From Nemertoderma westbladi (Eukaryota > Animalia > Xenacoelomorpha), in the NCBI GenBank assembly GCA_032718475.1, contig JAUCBJ010009056.1, positions 1 to 52,087 on the forward strand: a stretch of 52,087 nt of DNA. Reading direction: 5' to 3'. The notes below the pieces were generated by a model, which had not been told where the DNA came from, did not search any database, and worked only from the letters and a program-made list of their open reading frames with translations. The translations under genes were made by a program, and so were the position numbers. Below, piece after piece: positions 1 through 12,200 of the stretch. The first letter of the stretch is position 1, and each line of letters starts with the position of its first letter.

Positions 1-1454
1 TCAACAGGTCTATAATTACCCTTAATAGGGTTCACTATAGGAGTTTCTACTTCGCTAGCAGTATAGATGCGTGTAGGCTCCACACCTTGCGCATGAGATA
101 TTTCAGACCTAACAGGTTGACACATTGTTACAGAGGGTGGTGGTATACCCTTTTGGGTATTTACTAATTTATCGCGTTCAAGCGCGATACTTTGCTGCAC
201 TTCTTGCACGCTTACGTCCTTCTGGGCTCCTCCCCGAGGCGCACCCACGAGGCGGACGCTTTTCCACTACCCTTGGGGCCAGTCCGACTCCGTTTTTATC
301 AGACCGGGCCGGAGGGTAGCCCGATGCTTCCCGGGTTCAATTTTCAATTCCCCGATCACACCGGCACAGCTCGTCGTATGTAGCCGAACGGCGGATCAAA
401 GTTCGCCTACTGTCAACTTACTGTGGCCTGACTGTACATTGAGCCAACTCAGAGAGTCAACCGGCGGGTGGACCAGTCGATAGCGATCGAGCATCAAGGT
501 CGCCCTTGAGCCAAACCGACGGTCTTGTCCCATGTGGGCTTGCGCTACCCAGCATGGAATATTGACCGTTTTCACCCGCCTCGCCGGCAGTATTGAAAAG
601 GCAATACTGTCTGTAGCTAAAAAGCTACTGAACAAGTCACCACTTACCAGTCACTGTACACGTGTACTCAACAGATGTTCGATAATCAAGTACACAATGG
701 TAAACACAAAATCGGACACATACCATGCACACACAGAAGACATAATCGGGAAAGACAAAATCGGTGACAAAATCAGAGGGGACAAAATTGTATCGACTAA
801 TAAAAAGCCGAGAGTACCTTATTTTGCCGTCAGGGCAAAATAACTTTGTGTGCACAAAGTATGCTGGGGCGCAGTAAAGATATGGTCCTACTAATAACCG
901 GCGGCGACTGAACCAACCGGCAAGGTTTCCCACACTCACTCGCAGTGGCCATACACACACTCACGTATACCACGTACACACACAAACCACAGATTCCAGA
1001 GTATCATTCACTCGGACCACACTACAACACTAGCCCCTCCTTGCAGCCGATATTCCGGGTGCCACCTCCATTCCAATAGTAGTACCAACAGAATCATCAG
1101 GAACCTGTCCATTCCGATGCAACACCTCCATTCCAATAGTGCTACCCTGGGAAAAGACACGTTTTGGCAACCGATCGGAGACAGTAAAGAGTCTGGTCAA
1201 CTCATACATACCAAACATAGACCTACCACATAGACCACATAAACCACAGATCACGCCATGCCACCACCCCTACTGTGTACAGGACTGGCAGTACGGCAAC
1301 AGGCCGACTAGACGGTACCACGGCACCATGTTAATTCATGGTTCGCAAGACACGAGGGCCTTCAGTAACTCCCCTGCACTATAGTAAGGATTTAACGTGC
1401 CCCCAGACCCTCACGAGTCCGCCGCCGCCTGTTTAGAGCACCCCTATAGAGACC

Positions 1455-3554
1455 TCACCTCCTTAGGCACTCTAGCCTACTTTCCCTTACTGTGCCCTTG
1501 AATTGCAGGACAGTCTCCTGCATCTGCCCGAGCAGGATATCCATCCCCCGCCGTCTCTCGTCTACCCAATCAACCGCCGAAACGGGATCCGCCAACGTCG
1601 TAGCGGGCGGACGAGGGACAACGGGCGACAAATTTGGAATATTTCGCTCGGGGTCCAGGACCTGAACTGTCTCTTGGGCAGTTCTACGGGGCACAGGTAG
1701 CTTAGTGCTATGCAGAGGGAATTTAGAAGTAGTTTCAGGGAGCACAGGTGTATCTATCACCAAAGGGGTGATTTCAAGAACAGGCCTAATTATTTCAGGC
1801 TCATCTACTATAGTAGGGAGTCTTTCTATTTTAATTATTTGGTCTGTGGGCTCTGTACTACCTAAGTTGGTGTTATTTAGTTGCCTTCTAACAGCTGGAG
1901 GCAAATCAGGCAATTTCTGACGGTGGAATGATCTTTTACGTCTGCTTAGACGAGATCTATTTCCTTTGCCTTCAGTATCGGTGGTATCGCCTTCTTCAGA
2001 TGATGTATACCCCTGTCTTTTGGGAGTAGATCGCCTCATCATCTGCATATTACTAGCTGTTAACTGTTTATTGAAGTTGTCTTGCCTCTCTTGAAGATTT
2101 TCTAACTCTAGTTGGGTTGCCTCTTCAGATGCCCTCCGTTCTGCTTCTGCCACTGCCTCTGCTGTTTTTCTTTCGGCTTCTGCCGCTGCCACTGCTGCTG
2201 CCGCTTTCCTTTCCGCTTCGGCCTCTGCCACTGCCACTGCTGCTGCCGCTGCCGCTGCCTTTCTATCCGCTTCTGCCTCTGCCACTGCTGCCTTTCTTTC
2301 CGCTTCTGCCTCTGCCACTGCTGCTGCTGCCTTTCTTTCCGCTTCTGCCTCTGCCACTGCTGCTGCCACTGCCGCTGCCTTTCTATCTTCTATACGTTTT
2401 TTCTTTACTTGTTCTTCTTGGTCTCTAGCGATGCGGAGTTGTTCATCGAATTTAGCTTGGTTCGCCGCTAACCTATCCACATCAATTGCATCCAACACAC
2501 GCTGGGCTCCTTCACTATTAGGGCTAAGCCCATCTAGTCTTCTCCGCAACTCTTCATCACCTACGAAACGCTGATAGTCTGACAGATAGATGTCAATGGC
2601 ATCCCTCTTATGCGGTTTCTCTGCCGTCGCTTCACTTTCCACTTGGGAAAAAGTAGCGTCTGTTGATTCTCCATGGGTTGAGCGCTCCTCCAACTGAGCT
2701 TTCCACTGAGCTGCTCCTTGAACCTGGCGACTCACCCGTTGAAACCAAGTCTTTACGGCAACTTGCAACGACGTGTCTTGTTTTCTTTTAGAAGCCTCCT
2801 CAAAGGCGGATAAGATTAGCCTAATCCGCAGAACTCTTTCTCTAACTTGATAAAGCAGCGATCCCTGCTCTTGAGGTCCTTGAGGTTGTTGAAAAAGTTG
2901 CTTTTCTATTCGCTCCATAGAGCTGAAGAATCCCTGTGCGTATCCGGCTGCGGACCTCTTCCACACAGCTGGATCGATGGTTTCCTTGGCTACTCCCATC
3001 CGGTGTATGTCTTCCCAGGCAGCTTCTGATAAATCAAACGGGAGTCCGGGTCCGGGGAAGTTCCATTGCGACTCGACAATAGACTTCAGTTCTTCACTAG
3101 TGTATCCCGCGTAACTATCTCTAGTTGACCGTTGACTTCTCGCCCAATCGATCTGGTGTTCTTCCACCGCGATCAATAACCCAGCGAGCACGGCTGCAGG
3201 AAGGATGAGAAGGGGATCCGTATAAACCGCATCCGTCATCTCTGCTCCGCTCTCGGGTGTCAGCTCTACAGTATCCTCACTACTGGAGCTGCTGGGCCGC
3301 TGAGGAATAAGTTCTTGACTAGTGGGTTGTTGCTGTTCCGCTGCCTTTTGGTCCCGCTTGACCTGAGCTCGAGTGCCTATGATAGACCTACGATGTTGGA
3401 CTAGCCTAGGTTCTGTTATTACTACTGGAGGGATGACCTTCCTCACAGTGGGAGGTGAACTGGATTTACGACCAGACGGTTGTACGTCTCTATCTGAGTC
3501 GCAGATAGTTACATCTAATAAACTGTCTGACAGGTTCTGCTTAGTATCAGACAT
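1455..3554 (-). CDS. 699-aa intronless ORF of unknown function, probably gag/ORF1-like of an inserted element
   Basis: Long ATG-started ORF, GC-richer than the host introns; Ala/Glu coiled-coil repeats, Pro-rich C-terminus; no recognised domain. Confidence 0.55.
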   Translation of the reverse strand: MSDTKQNLSDSLLDVTICDSDRDVQPSGRKSSSPPTVRKVIPPVVITEPRLVQHRRSIIGTRAQVKRDQKAAEQQQPTSQELIPQRPSSSSSEDTVELTPESGAEMTDAVYTDPLLILPAAVLAGLLIAVEEHQIDWARSQRSTRDSYAGYTSEELKSIVESQWNFPGPGLPFDLSEAAWEDIHRMGVAKETIDPAVWKRSAAGYAQGFFSSMERIEKQLFQQPQGPQEQGSLLYQVRERVLRIRLILSAFEEASKRKQDTSLQVAVKTWFQRVSRQVQGAAQWKAQLEERSTHGESTDATFSQVESEATAEKPHKRDAIDIYLSDYQRFVGDEELRRRLDGLSPNSEGAQRVLDAIDVDRLAANQAKFDEQLRIARDQEEQVKKKRIEDRKAAAVAAAVAEAEAERKAAAAVAEAEAERKAAVAEAEADRKAAAAAAAVAVAEAEAERKAAAAVAAAEAERKTAEAVAEAERRASEEATQLELENLQERQDNFNKQLTASNMQMMRRSTPKRQGYTSSEEGDTTDTEGKGNRSRLSRRKRSFHRQKLPDLPPAVRRQLNNTNLGSTEPTDQIIKIERLPTIVDEPEIIRPVLEITPLVIDTPVLPETTSKFPLHSTKLPVPRRTAQETVQVLDPERNIPNLSPVVPRPPATTLADPVSAVDWVDERRRGMDILLGQMQETVLQFKGTVRESRLECLRR
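2140..2390 (-). repeat. Coding minisatellite encoding (E/D)RKA(A)nVAEAEA
   Basis: About 6 imperfect, frame-preserving units in the 699-aa ORF. Confidence 0.85.
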
Positions 3555-3689
3555 GACTAGGTATGTACAGTTGAATGCCTACTGCTATATTACAGTCTAA
3601 GCAAGTCTAGTAACTCAGTATGAACTGCTAGCCTAGTAATTAATTACCGTTACTGCTACTCAGTGTAGCGTGATATATATATAATATAT

Positions 3690-4066
3690 TAGAATACCGG
3701 TATACTTATAGTATATATAACTATATAAGTATTATTACAGACTAGGTTTATCTCAGAATACCGGTATAATTTTAGCACAAATATATATAAATATATAGTA
3801 GGCCTATCGGAATACCGGTATACAGCTTACAGTTTGTAGTATATATAATTCTGGACTAGAATTAATTACAAGTACCGGTATAATTTCAGCCTAAATTTAT
3901 AGAAATAAAGATAATAGGCCTATCGTAAATACCGGTATGCAGTTTACACTTATAGTGTATATATATAAGTATAATTACAAACTAGAATTAATTACAAGTA
4001 CCGGTATAATTTCAGCCGAAATTTATAGAAATAAAGATAATAGGCCTATCGTAAATACCGGTATAT
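3690..4066. repeat. Imperfect AT-rich tandem repeat anchored on TACCGGTA
   Basis: Seven TACCGGTA motifs at ~55-70 bp spacing; 3856-3938 is nearly identical to 3982-4064. Confidence 0.75.
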
Positions 4067-5009
4067 CAATTATTTTAAATAATTGAATTTCTGAATTTTA
4101 GGGTTACTTGGTTACTTTACTTACTTTATTACCGTTATTTGAGCAGTAATCCAACTGATATTGAGACCTAATGGTTGTATGGTAGGCCTACGATTTATAA
4201 ATCGTTAGATTTGATTTATAATATATATATACCCGTTTTAGTGGGTTTTGTCAATGTTTGAAATAAATGTTATTATTTCTGGAGAGTAATCACTACACAA
4301 AGCGGTGCGCTTTCAATGAAGTGTTACTTATAAGACACTAAAACAAATAATTCTAATTTACCTAAGTTACTTAATACTACAAATTACGTACAATTCGGGT
4401 GAGATTACAATCTCTAAATAAACACAAAAATTTACAAAAAACACAAAATACGAATTTTTTAGGGTAATTTTACAAGAAGTCTACAAACCAGCCTAACAAA
4501 GGGTTAGAAAACTGGTTATTACACGGACAGGGTACTACGGTGTTTTGAAATAATAAGTAGTAGTAAATACACTGCGTTGTCTAGATAGGAAAATACCACC
4601 GCCTGACGACCTATAGCCGTATCGCTATAGGTTCTACGTTATGTATCACGGAGTGTTCCTACCTAGAAGTTAATAGAGCTAATCGAATGTGCCTATCAAC
4701 CACTTTACAACACAGATATAATGTCTACAATAATTACTTCGGAAAGTACTGTACACTAAACCCTAAATTAGGTACGAGTACTTGTACAACAAATAATCAG
4801 TAGTTAAATATACTTGAACAGCTAAAAGAACCACGGCATCTGCTGGAGTGACCGATGCACAAAATCACCAGTCTTTACCTACGCCGAGCAGCCCGTGTAG
4901 TACCGGGGTTAATTTAACTATAGCGGTATGTATAACAAACACAATTACTGTAGGAACAAACTTGGGGAATGAATGTTGCGGATAATCGCATAAACTCTGA
5001 ATAATAAAT

Positions 5010-5570
5010 ATTACGCTACGCGTACAAACTACTCAAACAAAATACAGACCGAACACTGACAGACTACTATCAAGCCTAAACAAACTACGGTATATGCAGA
5101 CTCCGAAATGATTAGGGAGTATGCGCTCTAACCCAGTAGTGCGACTTATTCTTTAGTTGGGGGTTTACCTTACAGCGTTCGCTGCCCCGACTGCCTAACC
5201 GTACTTAATCGGACAGATGATCTACACACGCGGCAATCCGCTCAGACCTAATAACAGCCAGACAACTATCCAGCCTACAAATTATCTAAATAAAATTATA
5301 CGCTACCCGTACAGACTTACACAAACAAAGTACAGACTAAACGATGGCAGACTACTCTCAAGCCTAAATAAACTACAGGACATGCAGACTCCGAAATGAT
5401 TAGGGAGTATGCGCTCTAACCCAGTAGTGCGACTTATTCTTTAGTTGGGGGTTTACCTCACTGCGTTCGCTGCCCCTACTTCCTAATCGTACTTAATCGG
5501 ACAGGTGATCTACACACACTGCAATCCGTTCGGACCTAACAGCAATCAGACAACAGCTCAGCCTACAAAT
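5010..5570. repeat. ~288-bp tandem duplication
   Basis: gactccgaaatgattagggagtatgcgctctaacccagtagtgcg... occurs at ~5099 and ~5387. Confidence 0.9.
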
Positions 5571-6212
5571 CGTCTGTACAATCTGATCAGGTTTACACGC
5601 CTTCTGTTCAATACTGGCCTACAAACAAATAAAACTGACAGAAATAAGTAAGCTCCAAAAGAAACAAGGGGTGTACAGTCCCTAATCTCTTAAACAGCCT
5701 ACCGGTATACAACAATCAAATCGAATAATACTAGTGTACTTATACGGCAGTACCGGTTCTAGCGGTTGGGCCTACTGACCTACAGGTGTACTGTTCAGGT
5801 TTACCGGTTGACCGGTACTTTCAACTTTATTGCTTACTGCAATAAAGAAGCTATATCCTTTAATGTTCGCGCTTTCAGACCTTTGGCAGTTTAACCCACC
5901 AAATTAAGATGTCTTCTAGATATTAAATCAGTTTTTAGTCTTTGACAAGTATTTGATTCACTACACTAGTCGAAACCAATCCGTGCGCGACCATTCACCC
6001 GCTGGATATTCCCGGGAGATTGGGTTCGACGGTTTAATTTTTTATTGCTATGTAAGCCTAATGTATTATTCGACTGACAGTATTATATAATCTCTGACAA
6101 TATTATTCACCTTCGGTAATATTAACAGTTCCTTTAGGACGTGGCGCTTTATCTATATAAACAGAGTTATGACTTAAACTACTCACAACGATATGGCTTA
6201 ATTATAATTCAC

Positions 6213-6268
6213 ATATATGGCGCATTCTTTAGGAATTGCTTCTTTAACAGACTCACTCATACACAATG
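6213..6268 (-). CDS. Probable short polycystin exon (ALCMSESVKEAIPKECAIY)
   Basis: gtgcag acceptor in the required phase 1; supplies the two Cys expected after RQxRV; weak TAT|gtgaat donor. Confidence 0.6.
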
Positions 6269-9200
6269 CTGCACAATACTGCACACTAATCTGCCAATCT
6301 TCACTGATTTTAGTAACATATAAAAGGAACACAGACTGAATCATGTAGGGTCTATCAAATAACATTAGATTCACTTCAAACCACTTTAACATAAGTCACA
6401 ATCGTTTATTTGTAACCCTTCTCTCTTACCTTCGGTATATCAAGAATATTGGGTTTCGGGGTGATTTATCGTTATTCCAAATATAATTATTCATCAACCA
6501 TATTATGAAGAACTGACGGTAAATAGCAGTATAAAACAACAATGAAAACACTGATTGTTATGAGTTTGCAATGTTTCAGCAGTCAGCATGTATGATCATC
6601 AGTCAGCAGTAGTCGTTAGGTTAAAGGATATATGCCCTTTATAATTAAACCTACTAGTGTAAGACTAAAAACAGTAAAGCACAAAAATACTTCCAAGCCG
6701 TTCTTTCTTTGGCTCAGGACTGAATGTAAACACTGCACATAGGCATTGCGTCATTTCTCGGAAATTTTCTGTACAAGGAGCCACAAAAACGCTCTAATTG
6801 GCTGACTGAACTGAGAGACGCCGTAGAACAAAGGAAATCAACACGTATGAATGTCAGCTGTTAACCGTAGTCATAGTAACTACTGTTCAAGAGTAGCTAT
6901 CACCCCTTTGCGTCACGAATTGCCATAGAATCATAAAATATGCCTTTCACAGTACACATACGGAGGAAATAGGTCTTAGATCCTCTAAAAACACCGATAC
7001 AGCAATAATACGGTCTCTTACACTTATTAAATCAACTACAGAGTATTTTAATGTAAAAGATAATAAAAATAACGGGGCAATTCAGCAAAGGCTTTTACAT
7101 CTGCCCTTCACCTTACAGCCTTTGTGACGTTAGTTGACCAGTAACTGCAGTAACGTAGAACTACGGTACATAAATGCCGGACAATAAGGGACGTACCCGG
7201 TTTCACTCTTATCTGTCGAACCATCGGCATGCCAACCATGAGATTAGCCTTGTCCCCCAAGTAGCCACGCAGACCCATGGGTTTCGGTTGTTCGCGAGGG
7301 TACCAAACATCCGCATACAGTCCTGGTATCAAACGGTTTCTCATCCAATAGAACCATCCCTCATATGTAAAAGCCTAAAGGTAGAATAAAAGTTAGTCCT
7401 ACATTGTTTTACTTTAAAGGCATTACCCAAAGATAATATCTGCCTTGTACCCCTAAATGGTCGCTAAAAGAGTACCAGTTTCCTCTGGGAAGTAGTGTTT
7501 TGGTGATGATCGAACTGGGCATGACAAGATTGGCCTTCACTATGGTGCAATGTCGGTAGTCTCAGAAACAAGGCCGCCCCTAATCACTGCCATTGGGTGA
7601 ACCCCACCGAAAGGTTACAATAATACAAGCTGACTGTTTAAACCATAGCAGTAACTACTATTACGACAGTACTAGGTCGAGCGAGCTCGGACAGTGGAAA
7701 TGAGATCCTTCCAGGCTTCCCGATTCTCCATAGTTGTCGCAATTTCCTTTCTCCCAAGTTCAGTATCCCTTTCAAGTTGATATATATATGTTATAGCCGG
7801 TCGTCCACGACTACGCTTTCCATGAGTTGGTTGCCAGAGAAGTAGATCTGGTATGACCTCGTCTTTACTTCGCCAGCAGTGCCCACTGAATCTTAATCTG
7901 CGTTCACGGGGGGTGGTTGATGCAGGTAGTATTGTACCATAAAGTTCGGCGTTTGTCATGTGTTGTCTCCAGCTGATCTTTAGGGCTGCCCTTAGTAGAC
8001 TTGTGTAGCAACCATCAATTCGGTGTTCAAGTGATTTCGTTCCTCTGTGGCTCGAAAGAACTTAGTCTCAATGTTCCTGGTGCGCTAGCATATTAGAGAG
8101 GAGGTCGATGTCATCCGCAAAGTCGGTGTCTGTGACTGTAATTGCCGGATATCTACTTACTACTTCTGCGTTCTTGAGGTGTAAATCACAGATCTTCACC
8201 CTTTGTGGCCATCCTCATCGCGTAATCCAATACAATTACAAATAGTAATGGTGCTAATGTGTCACCTTGCAGTACGCCAGCCAGGATTGAGAAAAACTCA
8301 GTTTCACCATCTGGTGAGAGTACTTGAGTTTCTGTGTCAAAATATAACAACCCAATGCCAGTGACAGTTACTTCTGGTATTCCATAAGCTCTTAGGATTT
8401 CAAGCATTTTACCTCTATGGATGGAGTCGAATGCCTTCTTGAAGCCCATAAAAGTCATGACTGCAGTGAGATTCTTTGACTTAATTCCTTCAATCAGTCT
8501 CCGTAGTGCAAGTATCTGAGCTATTGTTGATCTACTTGGTCGAAATCCGTTTTGGCTCTTACGCAGTAGTTTCTCTATGTGAGGCCTAATGCTATATAGA
8601 ATCATTTTATTGTATATTTTGGCAGCTACCACAAGCAGACAGATCCGGCAATAGTTTGTTGGTATACCGAAGTCTCCTTTCTTTTTGGGGAGAGGCTAGG
8701 CTTACTTTTAGTTCAAATATTTGATCCGACTTTTAGTCCAAATTGGTGATGGCTTTTTCCCCTTTCAGCATCCGGTTGCAAACATCCAATAATTGTCTGT
8801 TTAGCACTCCTGTTTTCCATACCTCTGCAGGAATTTCATCTAATCAACTCGCTTTATGATTGTACAGTACATGCTTTTATTTAATGATTCTTTGGAGTTC
8901 GGCTGGTGTGAAGTCCCCTGTTTCTATAGGTAGTGTCTTGTCTTGTAATTGCTTCAATTTTATCCTGTATGTACTTTTCCTGGCTGATGTTGTAGGCCAA
9001 TTTAAGATCTTCCTTAGCTTTCTCAACCTTGTTAATGTTTTCTGGTATTTGTTGTTAGAGGAAATATCTTTCGGGTGTTACAAGTAATCTCAGAGTTCAT
9101 ACAAATGTACTACTACTAGGATCGGCATGCTGCATTGCAGCTGCATTTTTAAGAATGCTGTGCCGGCTTATCGTCAAAATTGCACCGCCACAACTCCCTA

Positions 9201-12200
9201 TCACCCATGACATTTGCTAGATCATCCGCATCTTTAAGGCCAGTGTCCTTTAAGATGCGTCTCAAGAAAGTCATGGGCTGTCCACCATGCTTATTCACTC
9301 CATGAGGCTGCCAAAGTACAAGATTATGCACTGGTTGGTCCTCACGGCGAAAGCAATGTCCTGCAAAGCGGAGGCGATTTTGTTCTAGTGTCAAGCTTGG
9401 GGGAACCAATGAGACACCTCCAATGTTATATAGTGTCTGGTTGGAGATGTGTGCATTGTACTTGACAAAATGAACCCGGCGTAGCATTCTTGTGAATGTG
9501 CCATCCAGAGATTTGGTGTCCTCAGTAGTTAGAGCCCAGCATGGACTCCCGTAGAGGAGTACTGGAACTACTGCTGCTCTAAATAATCGGACCTTAAGTT
9601 TCCAATTAATTCTCGGTGACTTCCAAATCCTGGAAAGCCTATTCAAGGCTGCCCATGCCTTTCCCTTACGTATTCGAAGGTCCTCACCTGACTTCCGGAT
9701 CCATGATCCCAGGTAACAGAAGTCATCCACATGCTCAAGCATACCATCTTTTGAGCTTATGCTCATCCGATCAGAGACTTGCTGAGGACTTTCAAAGTTA
9801 ACTGTCAAAATTTTGGTCTTTCTGGAGTTAATAAAAAGACCAACACTAAAAGCAGCATGTTCTAATGAGCTGAGGAGCCGTTGGGCTCCCTCTAGTGATT
9901 CTGAGAGTACTCCTAAGTCATCAGCAAAGTCTAGAGATGTGGTAAATCACAGATGTGGTAAATACCCTACAGTAGTGAAGGCACTGAATGAAATATTACG
10001 TACATGTTCAAAAGTTGTCCTGTCTATTTCACGATCAATTTTATTCTTTACAAAAGTTTCTTCGATGTGACTAAATAACTGATACCCATAAATCTCCTGG
10101 TTGAAATTGCAGATAAGAAATAGAAACATACAGAAAGTTATGTAAATTATTAATTCCCATATAATATCCCATATCTTGGCTTCGACTTGTTTTTGTTTCC
10201 GAAGTTTGTTGTGGAGAGTAGGAACCTCACGTTGAAGGATATTCTCACCTGCAAATAATTACTAATTATTAATTTAATATTCATATGAAAAATTATATTA
10301 AGAGGACCATTACCCCCGAATCGATTTTTTTTATTTTAAAGCCTCTATTCTGAAATTCTAACTCAATTATCTATGAGCCTTTACTATGAAAACTGGGTAT
10401 GGATAGCTTCGTAAACCCTTTTTTTCAAAAAATATGGCACTTTTTGTGAAGTTCGGTTTATTTAAAAAATGTTGTTTATTTTCAGGCTTTTATATATCTC
10501 ATCTAGAAGGACCAGTAATACTACCGTATATACCAGTACCAGTACCAGTACCAGAGATATTTAGGGAATCTTTTATGAAGCATAAAATTATTATTTTTGA
10601 ATGATTTATTGGGGCTTTATAATGTTCGGACGATATTTTGAGGATCATATATTTTGAAAGGCAAAGAGTTACAGTTACAAAATCGGTTCTAGAACATCCA
10701 ACTGGCCATGCTTTACAAAACGAATACTCACGATTGTAGCCCGGAAGCTGCTGAACAATTTGTTATATGTTTAATGACAATTGAGTAAAAAATAAAAAAG
10801 TAGTAGGCTGGAATTTTGTGATGAAAAATGATTCGAAATCTACAAACTGAGAAGAAGATTGTTTTATACAATACGCATGTCGCATACAGAGCGTCATGAA
10901 TATCAGCCATAAATACTGTTATTGTTGTTTACGAAAATATTATATGTATTTTGGACAGTCTCCCTGGGGTACCTACAAAATTACCTCCTTGAGGTATTTT
11001 TTTTTTCAATTTTCTTATTTTATCAATGAAAATTTCAAAAATATTTGAAGAAATTAAAAAAAAATTTATAATTTTTTTTTAACAAATTTCAAATTTTTTA
11101 ATTCAAGTTTCTGTTTTGTGATGAAAAAATCACTCGCCAGTGAAAACCGATGTCACCTTCTATCAGACTAAAAAAATAGATAAAACAAACTTTGTGAAAA
11201 TTTGGTAAATTTTCGAAAATTACCCTCACAAACATTGCGGTCACGTTAAATAATTATGATCAAATTTGATCACGGTTCATCGTGTTACATAATATATAAA
11301 TAAACTATATTTAATAAATTAAATAAATAGAAATAGAAAAAATTTAATGAAAAATAAACAAAAATTTAATAGAAAAATTATTATATACTGTACCATTCCC
11401 CGGACTACAGACAGTATAGTGTCGTAATTCAGTGACCCCCCCCCCCCCCCCCCCCCCCCAACAAAAAAATTATACAAAATAAAAAATCTTATAATACTAA
11501 TATTAATATATAACTAACTACTTGAAATTGTTGTGCCGTTTATATTTACCAATCATTTAGACCAAAATAACTAAGCATTAGTCTTATCGTGCGTAATAAT
11601 GATAACAACTAACCGAAAGAATGGAGATATTCTGTATCCTCGTCAACATCAATGTAATTATCATCGCATTCTAACTCATCGGCTTTGGGTTTACATAATA
11701 AAGCCATTAGAACAGCAATACAAATAACCTATTAATAAAAAAATATTATGTTGACAATGAAACACGCGAAAATATTTTTAACCGATAACGTAAATTATTA
11801 TTCGTCATCAGGCGGACCTTGGGTACTAATGACAGTCAGACAGGAGCGAAACGAGCAATATAGTACAGTATATGGCTGAGTACAAAACAAAACAAAGACC
11901 AAAGATCCAATTATAAAGACCTGAATAATCTTGTAACACGTTTTAACTTTCGTTTATTGTTTTGGTTCCCCCAACACGCCTCTGTAACCTGCTCCTATAC
12001 CAACCTGCTCCTGTGGCAATGGCAATGTTTGCAATTTACCTCTTTGTTTTGTACAGAAAAGTATTGTGTCTTTGTTTTGAATTCACCCTACAGTATATAA
12101 AACATGCCCGCAAAACACAACATCAAAACTTAGTATGACTCCGCTGGGGTACAGGCTAATGATGGTGACCCCATTGCTAATCTATCTTTCCTTATGTAAC

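Noticed and set aside
2112-2471. Cys-rich and Leu/Pro-rich plus-strand ORFs
   Set aside because: They are antisense shadows of the Ala-rich repeat in the 699-aa ORF.
5975-5995. Possible LTR primer-binding site (TGGTCGCGCACGG on the minus strand)
   Set aside because: I could not match it to a tRNA 3' end or delimit an adjacent LTR.
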